The notes: generated by a model from the letters alone, not told the origin. Positions 38,233-48,990 are shown, numbered from the stretch's first letter. The stretch: 64,000 nucleotides of DNA from an uncultured Syntrophomonadaceae bacterium (GCA_964436815.1 CAYTER010000001.1:11630-75629), one strand, 5' to 3'. Numbers and translations: made by a program.

Positions 38233-40911
38233 ATGTCCGAAACTGCACTACCTTCCGTTTATGACCCGGCAGCAGTTGAAACCGCAAGATATCAATTCTG
38301 GTTGGATCAGGAATACTTTAAGGCGGCGCGTGATGAAACGCGTATACCCTACACAATAGTTATCCCTCCTCCAAATGTTACCGGTTCGCTGCATATGGGA
38401 CATGCCCTGAATAATACGATTCAGGATATCCTGATTCGCTGGAAAAGGATGCAGGGTTTTGACACCCTTTGGCTCCCGGGTAGTGATCATGCCGGGATAG
38501 CGACCCAGAATGTTGTTGAAAAACACCTGGCTGATGAGGGGATCGATAAAAATGATCTTGGCCGGGAAGGATTTCTTGAAAAAGTTTGGGCCTGGAAGGA
38601 TACTTATCATGCCAGGATTACAAAGCAGCTTTATCGACTCGGCGTCTCATGCGATTGGTCGCGGGAACGTTTTACAATGGATGAAGGCTGCTCGCTAGCG
38701 GTACGCCGGGTTTTCGTAGACCTTTACCGTAAAGGGCTGATCTACCGGGGTGATTACCTGATTAACTGGTGTCCCCGCTGTCACACCGCTCTTTCCGATA
38801 TTGAAGTAGAACATGAAGATGAAGTCTCAACCCTTACCCATATTTGCTATCCACTTGAGGACGGTAGCGCTGCTATCACTGTTGCCACCACCCGTCCTGA
38901 AACTATGCTGGGCGATACCGCGGTGGCGGTGCATCCGGATGATCAGCGTTATCAGAAAATGGTCGGCAAGAATGTCGCCCTGCCTCTCCTGAACCGGTTG
39001 ATCCCGATTGTAGCCGATGATTATGTTGATCCGGAGTTCGGCAGCGGGGCAGTTAAAGTGACCCCGGGGCATGATCCCAATGATTATGCCATCGGGCAGC
39101 GGCACAACCTTGAGGTAATCGGCATCATCGATGAAGACGCGAAGATGACAACAGCTGCCGGATCTTATGCCGGCCTGGATCGATTTGAATGTCGGGCAAA
39201 GGTTGTTGCTGATCTGCAGGCCCTTGGTTTAATCGATAAGATCGAAGATTACGAACACTCCATCGGGCACTGTCAGCGCTGTGGCACAGTTGTGGAACCG
39301 TTAATATCGAGGCAGTGGTTTGTTAAGATGGAGCCGCTGGCTGAGCCGGCTCTTAAGGCTGTCGCTGATGGCGAAACAGTATTTGTCCCGCCGCGCTTTA
39401 CAAGGATCTATCAGAACTGGCTCGAAAATATCCGTGACTGGTGTATCTCCCGCCAGCTCTGGTGGGGTCACCGTATCCCCGCCTGGTACTGCGCCTGCGG
39501 TGAACTGGTTGTTGATTACGAGGAACCGGAAAAATGTCCATCCTGCGGTGGCAAATTGGAGCAGGATCCGGATGTACTCGACACCTGGTTCAGCTCAGCT
39601 CTCTGGCCCTTTTCTACTTTGGGCTGGCCGGATATAACAGCCGATCTCAAGCATTTTTACCCGACCAGTGTCCTGGTCACGGCCTATGATATCATTTTTT
39701 TCTGGGTAGCCCGAATGATGTTCATGGCCCTTGAATTTATGGGAGAAGTTCCTTTTCACACCGTTTATATCACCGGTCTTGTCCGCGACCCCCTGGGGCG
39801 TAAGATGAGCAAGTCGCTCGGTAATGGCATAGATCCGCTTGAAGTGATTGAAAATTACGGGGCGGATACATTACGGTTCACCCTGGTTACCGGGCAGGCC
39901 CCGGGCAATGATCAGCGTTTCCGCCAGGAAAGCGTCGAAGCCGGCAGAAACTTTGCCAACAAGATCTGGAACGCTTCACGGTTTGTGCTGATGAATTTAA
40001 CTGATCCCGAACAGGAACAAGCTTCCTTCAAACCCTATGATCCCAACAATACTGCGCAATCCTTAAATCGAGTTGATCGCTGGATCCTGCATCGCTATAA
40101 CGAAACCATCAGGCAAGCGACAAATTTGCTTGAAGAATATGAACTTGGCGAAGCGGCTCGTCAAATCTACGAATTCATCTGGAACGATTTCTGCGACTGG
40201 TATGTTGAACTGAGTAAATACTTTCTTTACCGTAAACAGGGCAGCGCGGAAGTGGAACAGGATCGTGCCCGGACCCGCAGTATCCTGGCTTATGTCTTAG
40301 ATGGCACCATGCGGCTGCTGCATCCGTTTATGCCTTTCATTTCCGAGGAAATATGGCAGCAGCTTCCGCACCGCCGTGAAGAGGCACTGGTTGTGGCGAA
40401 GTGGCCTTCACCGCTGGAGGAACACAGTTTTCACCAGGAAGCAGCCGATCTGCAGCTCATCCAGGAGGTGGTGCGGGCCATCAGGAACCTGCGCAGCCAG
40501 GTTCAGCTTGCCCCGGGCAAGAAAACTGCTGTTATCGTACGCGCCGGGGGAAGAGCGGCAGCCTGTCTTAAAGAAGAGAGTCATCATCTGGCCAAACTGG
40601 CTTTTGCCGAGCCACTGATCGTTGATCCTGATGCTGTAAAGCCGGAACAGGCGCTGACTGCCATTATCGGAGACGGATTGGAACTCTTTTTGCCGCTTGA
40701 AGGCCTAATTGATGTTGAAGCGGAAATCAGGCGCCTGGAAAAAGAGTTGGCCCAACTTCAGCTGGAAATGAAAAAAACTGAAGGAAAGTTGAAAAGTGCC
40801 GGTTTCATAGAAAAAGCTCCGCCAGAGGTTATAGCCAAAGAAGAAGCGCGCCGTGATGAGCAGACCGCCAGGCTTAACAAACTTGAGCAGAGACTGCAGG
40901 AGTTGAAATAA
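38233..40911 (+). CDS. valS: Valine--tRNA ligase
   Basis: Class I HIGH (PPNVTGSLHMGH) and KMSKS motifs, and a C-terminal coiled coil. Start at ATG 38233 with a GAGGTGA RBS. The track ORF starts earlier at 38161. Confidence 0.95.
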   Translation: MSETALPSVYDPAAVETARYQFWLDQEYFKAARDETRIPYTIVIPPPNVTGSLHMGHALNNTIQDILIRWKRMQGFDTLWLPGSDHAGIATQNVVEKHLADEGIDKNDLGREGFLEKVWAWKDTYHARITKQLYRLGVSCDWSRERFTMDEGCSLAVRRVFVDLYRKGLIYRGDYLINWCPRCHTALSDIEVEHEDEVSTLTHICYPLEDGSAAITVATTRPETMLGDTAVAVHPDDQRYQKMVGKNVALPLLNRLIPIVADDYVDPEFGSGAVKVTPGHDPNDYAIGQRHNLEVIGIIDEDAKMTTAAGSYAGLDRFECRAKVVADLQALGLIDKIEDYEHSIGHCQRCGTVVEPLISRQWFVKMEPLAEPALKAVADGETVFVPPRFTRIYQNWLENIRDWCISRQLWWGHRIPAWYCACGELVVDYEEPEKCPSCGGKLEQDPDVLDTWFSSALWPFSTLGWPDITADLKHFYPTSVLVTAYDIIFFWVARMMFMALEFMGEVPFHTVYITGLVRDPLGRKMSKSLGNGIDPLEVIENYGADTLRFTLVTGQAPGNDQRFRQESVEAGRNFANKIWNASRFVLMNLTDPEQEQASFKPYDPNNTAQSLNRVDRWILHRYNETIRQATNLLEEYELGEAARQIYEFIWNDFCDWYVELSKYFLYRKQGSAEVEQDRARTRSILAYVLDGTMRLLHPFMPFISEEIWQQLPHRREEALVVAKWPSPLEEHSFHQEAADLQLIQEVVRAIRNLRSQVQLAPGKKTAVIVRAGGRAAACLKEESHHLAKLAFAEPLIVDPDAVKPEQALTAIIGDGLELFLPLEGLIDVEAEIRRLEKELAQLQLEMKKTEGKLKSAGFIEKAPPEVIAKEEARRDEQTARLNKLEQRLQELK

Positions 40912-40914
40912 TTA

Positions 40915-42282
40915 TTGGAGCAGAACCGCGAGTATAAAGAAGTCCTGGAATGGATCCACGGGCTGGGCCGTTTTGGTATTAAACCCGGATTGGATCGGGT
41001 CAGCGTCATGCTTGAAAAACTAGGCAACCCTCATCACAAGATCCGTTTTGTCCACATTGCCGGTACAAACGGCAAAGGTTCCACGGCAGCAATTCTTGCT
41101 TCTATTCTACGCTCGTCAGGTTATGCGGTAGGCCTCTATACGTCGCCTTACCTACTCTCATTCACCAACCGGATGGCTGTAAATAATGCAGATATCAGCC
41201 AGCAAGAGCTCATTGCTCTGGTAAACAAGATCAAACCGCTTGTTGATCAGATTAAAGACGACCCAAAGCTGGGGCACCCGACGGAATTTGAAGTGGTAAC
41301 GGTCCTTGCCTTAAATTATTTTGCCGAACGCGGCGTAGACCTTGTAGTTCTTGAAGTCGGACTCGGTGGCCGCCTCGATGCAACCAATGTTATTACTCCG
41401 CTATTAAGCATCATCACGAACATCAGCCTCGAGCACACCGATGTGCTCGGCAGCACGATTACTGAAATTGCTTCAGAGAAAGCAGGCATTATCAAGCAAG
41501 GCAAACCCTTGCTTACGGCGGCTGAAGACCCGGAAGCGCTAAAAGTATTCGAGGAACGCTGTGCAGCGCTTAAATGCCGGTATTACCGGGTTTTTCCACC
41601 ATTAAACTCCGGCGATCTGCTTTCGCAAAACCGGCCAGTGACGCTCTTAAAGACAATAACCGCTGATGGCCAATACTTTGATTATCACGGTTTTTCTATT
41701 GATCTGAAGGATCTCTTTATCCCCCTGCGCGGGAAATATCAGCTGCTCAATGCGGCCACAGCCATTGCTGCTGTTGAAATTCTTGCCGCGGAAGGATACG
41801 CTGTCGGGCGGGAGGCAATTTTAAAGGGGTTATTGAAAACTATTTGGCCCGGGAGACTTGAACTTTTGCAGAAAAAGCCGCTGGTGATCATGGATGGCGC
41901 TCACAATCCGGCAGCGATGGAAAAGCTGGCCGAAGCTATTCCCCAGTATTTTAAATACAGGCGCCTGATCACGGTGATCGGTATGCTGGCCGACAAAGAT
42001 ATAGCAGCAATGCTAAAGTCAATTCTTCCCCTGTCGGACCTGGTCGTCTTTACCCGTCCAACACTGCCGCGGGCAGCAGATCCGCAAACTATTGCCGTAT
42101 TAGCCGCTAAAGATCTAAATTTCCGGAAGGAGCATTTTATTATTGAAGATTACAGAGCAGCGCTGGACAAAGCCCTGGCTCGGGCCGGAACTGATGATGC
42201 AGTCCTGGTCACCGGTTCGCTCTATACAGTAAGCGATGTTCGCGCTTACTACCGGGAAAGATATGCAGCGGAAGGTTTATAG
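40915..42282 (+). CDS. folC: Bifunctional folylpolyglutamate synthase / dihydrofolate synthase
   Basis: 455 aa. Mur-ligase-type P-loop (AGTNGKGST). Conserved valS-folC linkage. Confidence 0.9.
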   Translation: MEQNREYKEVLEWIHGLGRFGIKPGLDRVSVMLEKLGNPHHKIRFVHIAGTNGKGSTAAILASILRSSGYAVGLYTSPYLLSFTNRMAVNNADISQQELIALVNKIKPLVDQIKDDPKLGHPTEFEVVTVLALNYFAERGVDLVVLEVGLGGRLDATNVITPLLSIITNISLEHTDVLGSTITEIASEKAGIIKQGKPLLTAAEDPEALKVFEERCAALKCRYYRVFPPLNSGDLLSQNRPVTLLKTITADGQYFDYHGFSIDLKDLFIPLRGKYQLLNAATAIAAVEILAAEGYAVGREAILKGLLKTIWPGRLELLQKKPLVIMDGAHNPAAMEKLAEAIPQYFKYRRLITVIGMLADKDIAAMLKSILPLSDLVVFTRPTLPRAADPQTIAVLAAKDLNFRKEHFIIEDYRAALDKALARAGTDDAVLVTGSLYTVSDVRAYYRERYAAEGL

Positions 42283-42421
42283 GCAGCCGATTGTCTTAAA
42301 AAATGAATTTTTGCAGGACTTTAGCGATAAATCTCGAAAACAATAAGGTATTTGATTCCGGTTGTTAATCGATCAGATTGCCGTTCCTGATTTTATTATT
42401 AAGAAAGGGTGAACATATAAC

Positions 42422-43747
42422 ATGAGCAGTACGGTCTTCAAAGGAGGCGTTCATCCGGACTATCATAAAGAGATAACTGCAACAATGGCCGTTATCCCGA
42501 TGAAAGCCCCCCCAACGGTAGTTATCCCTCTTCAGCAGCATATCGGCGCACCCTGTGAACCGCTGGAAGGGATAGAAGTCGGCGTCCAGGTAAAAATGGG
42601 TCAAAAGATTGCCGACAGCAGCGGTTTTGTTTCAGCCCCGATCCACGCATCTGTTTCCGGTACCATTAAAGAAATCGGCCCTTATAACCATCCTCTGGGG
42701 CGTCCGGTTAAGGCGATAACCATCGAATCTGACGGTGAGGAAAGCTGGGATGAGCAGATTAAACCGGCCGGAGACTTAGCTGCCCTCTCTGCAGAAGATA
42801 TCCGCAAACTGGTTAGGGAAGCCGGAATTGTTGGCCTGGGTGGAGCAACTTTTCCAGCTCACGTGAAACTTTCTCCGCCTCCGGAAAAAAAGATCGATAT
42901 CGTAATCATCAACGGTGCTGAATGTGAGCCTTACCTCACCGCTGACCACCGGGTGATGCTTGAAAAACCGGAGGAGATCATTTTTGGTCTTAAAGCTATG
43001 ATAAAAGCCCTGAACGCTGAAAAAGGCGTGATCGGTATTGAAGATAATAAAGGCGATGCCATAAGGGTTTTGGAACAGGCAGCCACCGGCGAGGAAAATA
43101 TCAGTGTTGCCAAACTGCACACCAAGTATCCGCAGGGAGCGGAAAAAATGCTAATCCAGGTTACTACCGGCCGCAAGGTTCCATCAGGCGGGTTACCCTT
43201 GGATATAGGGATAGTTAACCACAACGTGGGTACCGCTGTAGCCATCACCAGGGCCATTCGGGAAGGCAAGCCTTTGATTGAGAGAGTGGTTACAGTAACC
43301 GGTTCAGGTATAAACCGTCCGGCAAACCTGCTGGTCCGGATTGGAACGCTGGTCAGTGATGTTATTGAACACTGCGGTGGTCTGAAGGATAATACCCGCA
43401 AGCTGATTATTGGCGGACCGATGATGGGACTTTCCCAGCCCAACGCCGATCTGCCAGTTATCAAGGGAACTTCCGGTATCCTGGTCTTAACTGATGAAGA
43501 TGTATTCCTGGCGGAAAGGGCCCCCTGCATCCGTTGTGCCAAGTGCGTAGATGTCTGTCCGGTTTCACTGATGCCGACCCTGATCGCCCAGGCTGCGGAA
43601 CATGAACTTTTTAATCGGGCAGAAAAACTGCACGCTCTTGACTGTTTTGAGTGCGGTTGCTGTTCTTATATTTGTCCGTCCAAGATTCCACTGGTACAAT
43701 TAATCAGGATTGCCAAGGCAGAAATAATGAAAGCCAAAAAGAAATAG
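42422..43747 (+). CDS. rnfC: Rnf complex subunit C
   Basis: 441 aa. RnfC N-terminus, an NADH/FMN-binding region, and two C-terminal CxxCxxCxxxCP motifs. Confidence 0.9.
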   Translation: MSSTVFKGGVHPDYHKEITATMAVIPMKAPPTVVIPLQQHIGAPCEPLEGIEVGVQVKMGQKIADSSGFVSAPIHASVSGTIKEIGPYNHPLGRPVKAITIESDGEESWDEQIKPAGDLAALSAEDIRKLVREAGIVGLGGATFPAHVKLSPPPEKKIDIVIINGAECEPYLTADHRVMLEKPEEIIFGLKAMIKALNAEKGVIGIEDNKGDAIRVLEQAATGEENISVAKLHTKYPQGAEKMLIQVTTGRKVPSGGLPLDIGIVNHNVGTAVAITRAIREGKPLIERVVTVTGSGINRPANLLVRIGTLVSDVIEHCGGLKDNTRKLIIGGPMMGLSQPNADLPVIKGTSGILVLTDEDVFLAERAPCIRCAKCVDVCPVSLMPTLIAQAAEHELFNRAEKLHALDCFECGCCSYICPSKIPLVQLIRIAKAEIMKAKKK

Positions 43748-43776
43748 TTCTTTCACGGAGGAGGGAAGCGATCGAA

Positions 43777-44742
43777 ATGGATAACAAAATGATTATTTCA
43801 TCATCACCGCACATCAGAACCATTGAATCAGTGCAGAGTGTGATGACCGATGTTTTAATTGCCCTGTTTCCGGCAGCGCTGATGGCAGTGCTGTTGTTCG
43901 GTTATAAAGCTTTGCTGACAATGGCAATTTCAGTGCTTACAGCCATGGCAGTTGAAGCCCTGTGGTTGCGCAAACGGGATCTTTACAGCGACGGCAGCGC
44001 TGCGGTAACCGGATTGCTGTTTGCGATGGTTCTTCCGCCCGATCCGCCCTGGTGGTTGGTGGTTGTAGGTGCTGCATCAGCGATCATTATCGGCAAACAG
44101 GTTTTTGGTGGTATCGGGTATAATATTTTTAACCCGGCACTGGTCGGGAGGGCAATGGTCGTTATGTCCTGGGGAGGCCGCATGGTTGGCCCGATCTGGC
44201 CGCAGCCCCAGCCATTTGCCTTTACGGCCGATATATCAGCGGTAACTATGGCTACACCGCTGGCCAGCCAGCAGGAAGCGCTTTCTTACGGATTTACGAA
44301 TATTTTTATCGGCAGTATCCCCGGCTGTTTAGGGGAGACCTCGGCTCTTGCCCTCTTAATCGGGGGTGTTTGGCTCTATTATAAAGGTCACATAGACTGG
44401 CGTATCCCCGGTGGCTTCATCGGCATAGTTTTTATAGTGGGCACACTTTTCGGGGGAAGCTTCTTCGGAGGCCCCCTGGGAACCGGGCTCTTTCATGTCT
44501 TAGCCGGCGGGGTGATGATCGGTGCAATCTTTATGGCTACGGATATGGTTACCTCACCGGTGACAGCTTCAGGCAAGCTGATCTTCGGTATCGGTTGCGG
44601 CCTGATCACCATGCTGATCAGGATTTGGGGGACCATGCCCGAGGGCGTTACCTTTGCCATCCTGATCATGAACGCGGTTACCCCGATAATCGATAATTTT
44701 ACAATTCCCAAACAGTTCGGGGGGGTGAAGAAAAGTGCGTGA
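43777..44742 (+). CDS. rnfD: Rnf complex subunit D
   Basis: About 322 aa polytopic membrane protein (NqrB/RnfD family). Start at ATG 43777 after a GGAGGAGGG RBS. Confidence 0.9.
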   Translation: MDNKMIISSSPHIRTIESVQSVMTDVLIALFPAALMAVLLFGYKALLTMAISVLTAMAVEALWLRKRDLYSDGSAAVTGLLFAMVLPPDPPWWLVVVGAASAIIIGKQVFGGIGYNIFNPALVGRAMVVMSWGGRMVGPIWPQPQPFAFTADISAVTMATPLASQQEALSYGFTNIFIGSIPGCLGETSALALLIGGVWLYYKGHIDWRIPGGFIGIVFIVGTLFGGSFFGGPLGTGLFHVLAGGVMIGAIFMATDMVTSPVTASGKLIFGIGCGLITMLIRIWGTMPEGVTFAILIMNAVTPIIDNFTIPKQFGGVKKSA

Positions 44743-45574
44743 GGTATTAAAGCTTTCCATAACCCTGGCGGTAGTCGGTTTGGTATCCGCCGCTCTTCTG
44801 ACCGGGGTCAATAACGTAACAGCTCCAATTATAGCCGAAAGGCAGGAAGCTGAATACCGTGAAGCCCTGGAACTTTATTTTCCCGGGTTTGCAAACTTTG
44901 AAAGTCAACAGATTGAAGATGATTATTTCGATCTGATTTTTGATAGTTCTGATCAATTGATCGGAGTGATGTCGACGATCGAACAGCAGGGTTATGACGG
45001 AACCATTACTTACAACCTTGCGTTGGACGGTGAAGGTAAAGTTGTAGGAATGCTTGTCATATCGCACTCAGAAACACCTGGTATTGGTGATGTTATTACC
45101 ACCGATGAATTCCAGGAACAGTTTATCGGCAAGAGTTTCGAAGATCCGATTGTGCCTGGCGAAGATGTTGATACAGTAAGTGGCGCTACAATCAGCACTT
45201 CAGCAATAATCACTTCAGTCCGCCGGGTGGTAAATGTCGTTGCAGAAAACTTTCTAGGTTTTGAAGCAGCGGTCATTGATATAACTGCTGTTCCTGACGG
45301 TATTTACGAGGGTTCTGCTCCCGGTCTGGCCGGACCGATTGTCGTAGAGGTTGAAGTTACCGGAGGACAGATTGTCCGGATCAGTGTCCTTGAACATAGT
45401 GAAACACCAACTTATTACATTGAGGCGTACCCGCTGATTCCGGAAAGAATTATTGCCGAGCAGAGCTTTGATGTTGATACAAAAACCGGAGCCACCCTGA
45501 GCGCCAAGGGGATCGTTGAAGCAGTGCAGGCGGCTCTGGCCGCTGCTTTGGAAGCAAATGGCGGAGGTGAATGA
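44735..45574 (+). CDS. rnfG: Rnf complex subunit G with two FMN-binding motifs
   Basis: 279 aa. N-terminal TM anchor, then two FMN_bind-type motifs: VSGATISTSAI and KTGATLSAKGI. Confidence 0.85.
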   Translation: MREVLKLSITLAVVGLVSAALLTGVNNVTAPIIAERQEAEYREALELYFPGFANFESQQIEDDYFDLIFDSSDQLIGVMSTIEQQGYDGTITYNLALDGEGKVVGMLVISHSETPGIGDVITTDEFQEQFIGKSFEDPIVPGEDVDTVSGATISTSAIITSVRRVVNVVAENFLGFEAAVIDITAVPDGIYEGSAPGLAGPIVVEVEVTGGQIVRISVLEHSETPTYYIEAYPLIPERIIAEQSFDVDTKTGATLSAKGIVEAVQAALAAALEANGGGE

Positions 45575-45577
45575 TCA

Positions 45578-46207
45578 TTGAAATCTAATACTTCTTATTT
45601 GCAGGAATTTACCAAGGGGATACTCAAGGAAAACCCTGTCCTGGTAAGTTTGCTCGGCATGTGCCCGGTTTTAGGGGTTACGGCCTTTATTGTTAACGGA
45701 GTCGGGATGGGTCTGGCGGCAACAGCGGTCCTGATTGCTTCCAACCTGGTTATCTCGCTGCTCAGGAATTATATTCCGCCCCAGGTCCGCATTCCCTGCT
45801 TTATCGTGGTGATAGCGACCTTTGTTACCATTATTGAAATGGTGTTGAAAGCTTTTCAGCCGGTTCTTTATGAGGCGCTGGGGGTTTTCGTGCCCCTGAT
45901 CGTCGTTAACTGTATAATCCTGGGCCGGGCGGAAGCGTTTGCCAGTAAAAACAGCCCGCTTCGTTCAGTTTTAGATGGTGTGGGAGCCGGGATCGGTTTT
46001 ACCCTTGCCCTGCTGCTACTTTCTGCGGTCCGGGAAATTATCGGGCAGGGAACAATCCTGGGTCCTGATCCGGATACGATCATTCATCTTTTCGGCGCCA
46101 ATTTTGAGCCGATGGCCCTGTTTGCCCAGCCTCCGGGAGCCTTTATTGCCTTAGGGCTTCTGTTGGCCGGGGTAAACACGCTTTTTAAACGCTTTAATAT
46201 TAAATAG
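45578..46207 (+). CDS. rnfE: Rnf complex subunit E
   Basis: 209 aa. NqrD/RnfE family six-TM protein. Confidence 0.9.
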   Translation: MKSNTSYLQEFTKGILKENPVLVSLLGMCPVLGVTAFIVNGVGMGLAATAVLIASNLVISLLRNYIPPQVRIPCFIVVIATFVTIIEMVLKAFQPVLYEALGVFVPLIVVNCIILGRAEAFASKNSPLRSVLDGVGAGIGFTLALLLLSAVREIIGQGTILGPDPDTIIHLFGANFEPMALFAQPPGAFIALGLLLAGVNTLFKRFNIK

Positions 46208-46253
46208 GTTGGCTGCTCGATTTTGAGCCTGGCAACCTGAGCAGGAGGATAAC

Positions 46254-46835
46254 ATGGAAAAGCTGCTTTCAATATTTTTTATCTACATTTTTGTTGATAA
46301 CTTTGTTCTGCAGCGATTTTTCGGAATTTGCCCCTTCCTAGGGGTTTCCCGGAAAATGGAAACGGCCATCGGCATGAGTATGGCGGTAGTTTTTGTAATG
46401 ACCATGGCTACCCTGGTTACCTGGCTGGTTTATACTTTTGTCCTGGTACCATTTGGTCTTGCTTACCTGCAGATTGTTACTTTTATTTTGATCATTGCTT
46501 CCCTGGTTCAGCTGGTAGAGATTGTCCTGCGCAAGATCAGTCCTACGCTTTACCAGGGTTTGGGGATATTTTTACCCCTCATTACCACCAACTGCGCTGT
46601 AATGGCAGTAGCCCTGCTTGCTGTGCGCCAGGAGTTTTCACTGCTTGAATCGGTAGTCTTTGCTGTCGGCGCATCACTTGGTTTTTCCCTGGCCCTGGTG
46701 ATTATGGCTGGCATCAGGGAAAGACTGGAACTGGCAACGATGCCCGACGTATTACGCGGTTCCGCCGTGACGCTGATCACTGCCGGTATCCTTTCAATGG
46801 CTTTCCTGGGCTTTAAGGGAATGATTACCCTTTAA
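46254..46835 (+). CDS. rnfA: Rnf complex subunit A
   Basis: 193 aa. NqrE/RnfA family. Confidence 0.9.
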   Translation: MEKLLSIFFIYIFVDNFVLQRFFGICPFLGVSRKMETAIGMSMAVVFVMTMATLVTWLVYTFVLVPFGLAYLQIVTFILIIASLVQLVEIVLRKISPTLYQGLGIFLPLITTNCAVMAVALLAVRQEFSLLESVVFAVGASLGFSLALVIMAGIRERLELATMPDVLRGSAVTLITAGILSMAFLGFKGMITL

Positions 46836-46917
46836 CGTTATTATTCAGGCAGAGCAAGGATATGATCATTTAAGCAGTTTTAAGTTTGGACAAAATTTTT
46901 AAGAGGTGAAGTGAATC

Positions 46918-47772
46918 GTGCTTATTATATATGCGATTGCAGCACTCGGTTTAATCGGCTTGATCTTCGGGCTTTTACTGGCTATGGCGGCCCGGTTTTT
47001 TGCTGTTCAAACCGATCCGCTGGTTGAATCGATCAAAGAAGCACTACCGGGAGCCAACTGCGGAGCCTGTGGCTATGCCGGCTGTTCCAATTTTGCCGAA
47101 GCTGTGGCTGCCGGCGAAACAAAAGCAAATGGCTGTATTCCGGGTGGTGATGAGACATCAAAGGCTATTGCTGAACTGCTCGGACAGGAAGCATCTTCTG
47201 CTGTTCAACCGATTGCTACCGTTTTTTGCATTGGCGACTGCTACAAGGCCGCCGATCGTTTCATTTATGACGGGGTTGAGGATTGCGCCGTAGCCTCTGA
47301 TTTTGTTGGCGGTTTTAAATCCTGTACATACGGCTGCCTGGGTCTTGGCAACTGTGTGCGGGCCTGTCTTTTTGATGCGATAAAAATGGGTGAACATGGC
47401 TTGCCGGTAGTGGATTATGACAAATGCACCGGTTGCGGCCTTTGTGCTACGGCATGTCCACGCAGTATTATCCAGATGCTGCCCAAGGGTAAAGAAGGAC
47501 ACCTGGTATTGTGCAGCTCGCACGACCGTGGCAAGTCAGTTTCCGCTGCCTGTGAAGTCGGCTGTTTCGCCTGCAAGGCCTGCGTCAAAGCCTGTCCGCA
47601 GGAAGCAATTGAAATGGTTGATAACCTTGCTGTAATAGATCTCGAAAAATGCAATGATTGTGGGGAATGTGTGCCTAAATGCAAGCCTGGCACTATCCAT
47701 CGGCGAAATTCAATCCCTTCGGAAGCTGATGCTCTTGCTTCAGCAGCCGCTTCAGTGGCCGAATCCGCGTAA
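46918..47772 (+). CDS. rnfB: Rnf complex subunit B (polyferredoxin-type)
   Basis: 284 aa. N-terminal TM helix, a CGACGYAGC cluster, and at least three further CxxCxxC(xxx)CP ferredoxin motifs. GTG start. Confidence 0.85.
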   Translation: MLIIYAIAALGLIGLIFGLLLAMAARFFAVQTDPLVESIKEALPGANCGACGYAGCSNFAEAVAAGETKANGCIPGGDETSKAIAELLGQEASSAVQPIATVFCIGDCYKAADRFIYDGVEDCAVASDFVGGFKSCTYGCLGLGNCVRACLFDAIKMGEHGLPVVDYDKCTGCGLCATACPRSIIQMLPKGKEGHLVLCSSHDRGKSVSAACEVGCFACKACVKACPQEAIEMVDNLAVIDLEKCNDCGECVPKCKPGTIHRRNSIPSEADALASAAASVAESA

Positions 47773-47786
47773 CTTAAATTTAATTA

Positions 47787-47820
47787 GGGACAGGGTGTTA
47801 AAACCTTGTCCCTGATTTTA
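47787..47820 (+). terminator. Rho-independent terminator after rnfB
   Basis: GGGACAGGGT, loop, ACCTTGTCCC, then TGATTTTAAAT. Confidence 0.5.
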
Positions 47821-47885
47821 AATAACCGTTAACCTATCAGATTACTTTAGAAAACATATTTACTTCCGACCCCGGTGGTGAAAAG

Positions 47886-48377
47886 GTGAAGAATCGCCTG
47901 CCAGATTACATCGGTCCAACTTTTATCATGTTCTTATTTTGGGTTGCCGTTAGCGGCAGCCTGAAATGGCCTCAGTTGTTATTTGGTTTTATGGCCTCGG
48001 TTTTTGTGGTCTGGTTTAACCGGAATCTGTTGATCAGGTCTGCTGAACGGGTGCCAATCCGTCCGAAGACTATTTTTTGGTTTGCCGGTTATATCCTTAA
48101 ATTACTATGGGATATTGTTATTGCCAATTTTCAGGTAGCAGCCATTGTTCTCAGTCCTAAAATGCCCATTGAGCCAAACCTGGTTAAGATGGAGCTTGAT
48201 TTTGAGAAAGTAACCAGCAGGGTGTTGCTGGCCAATTCGATCACTTTAACCCCGGGAACGCTGACAATTATGGCTGAAGACAATAAATTCCTGGTTCATG
48301 CTTTAACCCATAAAAGCGGCGAAGGCTTGAAGCGGTGGCCGCTGATCGCCAAAATCAGGGAAATGGAGGAATCCTAA
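47886..48377 (+). CDS. mrpE: Mrp/Mnh-type cation:proton antiporter subunit E
   Basis: 163 aa. MrpE/MnhE family topology and conserved core. GTG start. Confidence 0.65.
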   Translation: MKNRLPDYIGPTFIMFLFWVAVSGSLKWPQLLFGFMASVFVVWFNRNLLIRSAERVPIRPKTIFWFAGYILKLLWDIVIANFQVAAIVLSPKMPIEPNLVKMELDFEKVTSRVLLANSITLTPGTLTIMAEDNKFLVHALTHKSGEGLKRWPLIAKIREMEES

Positions 48378-48379
48378 CC

Positions 48380-48661
48380 TTGGATCTGGTCAAACTCCTC
48401 GACAGCGCATATCAAGTGGGCGCGATACTCGTGATGCTGATGATCTTCCTTTCCCTGGTGAGGGCCCTTCTTGGTCCGACAGCCCCTGACAGGGTGGCTG
48501 CGATTAACATCATCGGCACCAAGACCCTGATTATTATTACCCTTATAGCCAGGGTATACGGTCATCAATATTTTCTGGATATCGCCATGGTCTATGCCTT
48601 GATGAGTTTTATCACCACGATCGGAGTAGCCAAATACCTGGAGAAGGGAGCCCTTGATTAA
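48380..48661 (+). CDS. mrpF: Mrp antiporter subunit F
   Basis: About 93 aa with three TM helices, MnhF/PhaF-like. TTG 48380 is preferred. The track start at 48335 overlaps mrpE. Confidence 0.6.
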   Translation: MDLVKLLDSAYQVGAILVMLMIFLSLVRALLGPTAPDRVAAINIIGTKTLIIITLIARVYGHQYFLDIAMVYALMSFITTIGVAKYLEKGALD

Positions 48662-48990
48662 TGACCTTCTTTCTGGAACAGTTACTTGGCTGCTTATCAC
48701 TGATTTCACTGGTTGGCGGACTATTTTTCCTTTTTGTCGGTACTGTAGGACTATTACGTCTGCCGGATGTATTCAACCGGCTCCATGCTACAACCAAATG
48801 CGATACCCTGGGGGCAGGTTTGATCCTGCTCTCTCTGGCCCTGCAAAGTAACGTTGCTGTTGGAGTGAGGCTTATTCTGCTTGCCTTGTTTATCCTGATT
48901 ACCAACCCGACTGCAGCGCATGTAATTGCCAGGGCTGCTTACAAAACCGGAATAACACCGGTTATCGCCAGGAGAACCGATGATCAGTGA
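48661..48990 (+). CDS. mrpG: Mrp antiporter subunit G
   Basis: 109 aa. MnhG/PhaG-like (GLLRLPDVFNRLHATTK). Confidence 0.7.
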   Translation: MTFFLEQLLGCLSLISLVGGLFFLFVGTVGLLRLPDVFNRLHATTKCDTLGAGLILLSLALQSNVAVGVRLILLALFILITNPTAAHVIARAAYKTGITPVIARRTDDQ

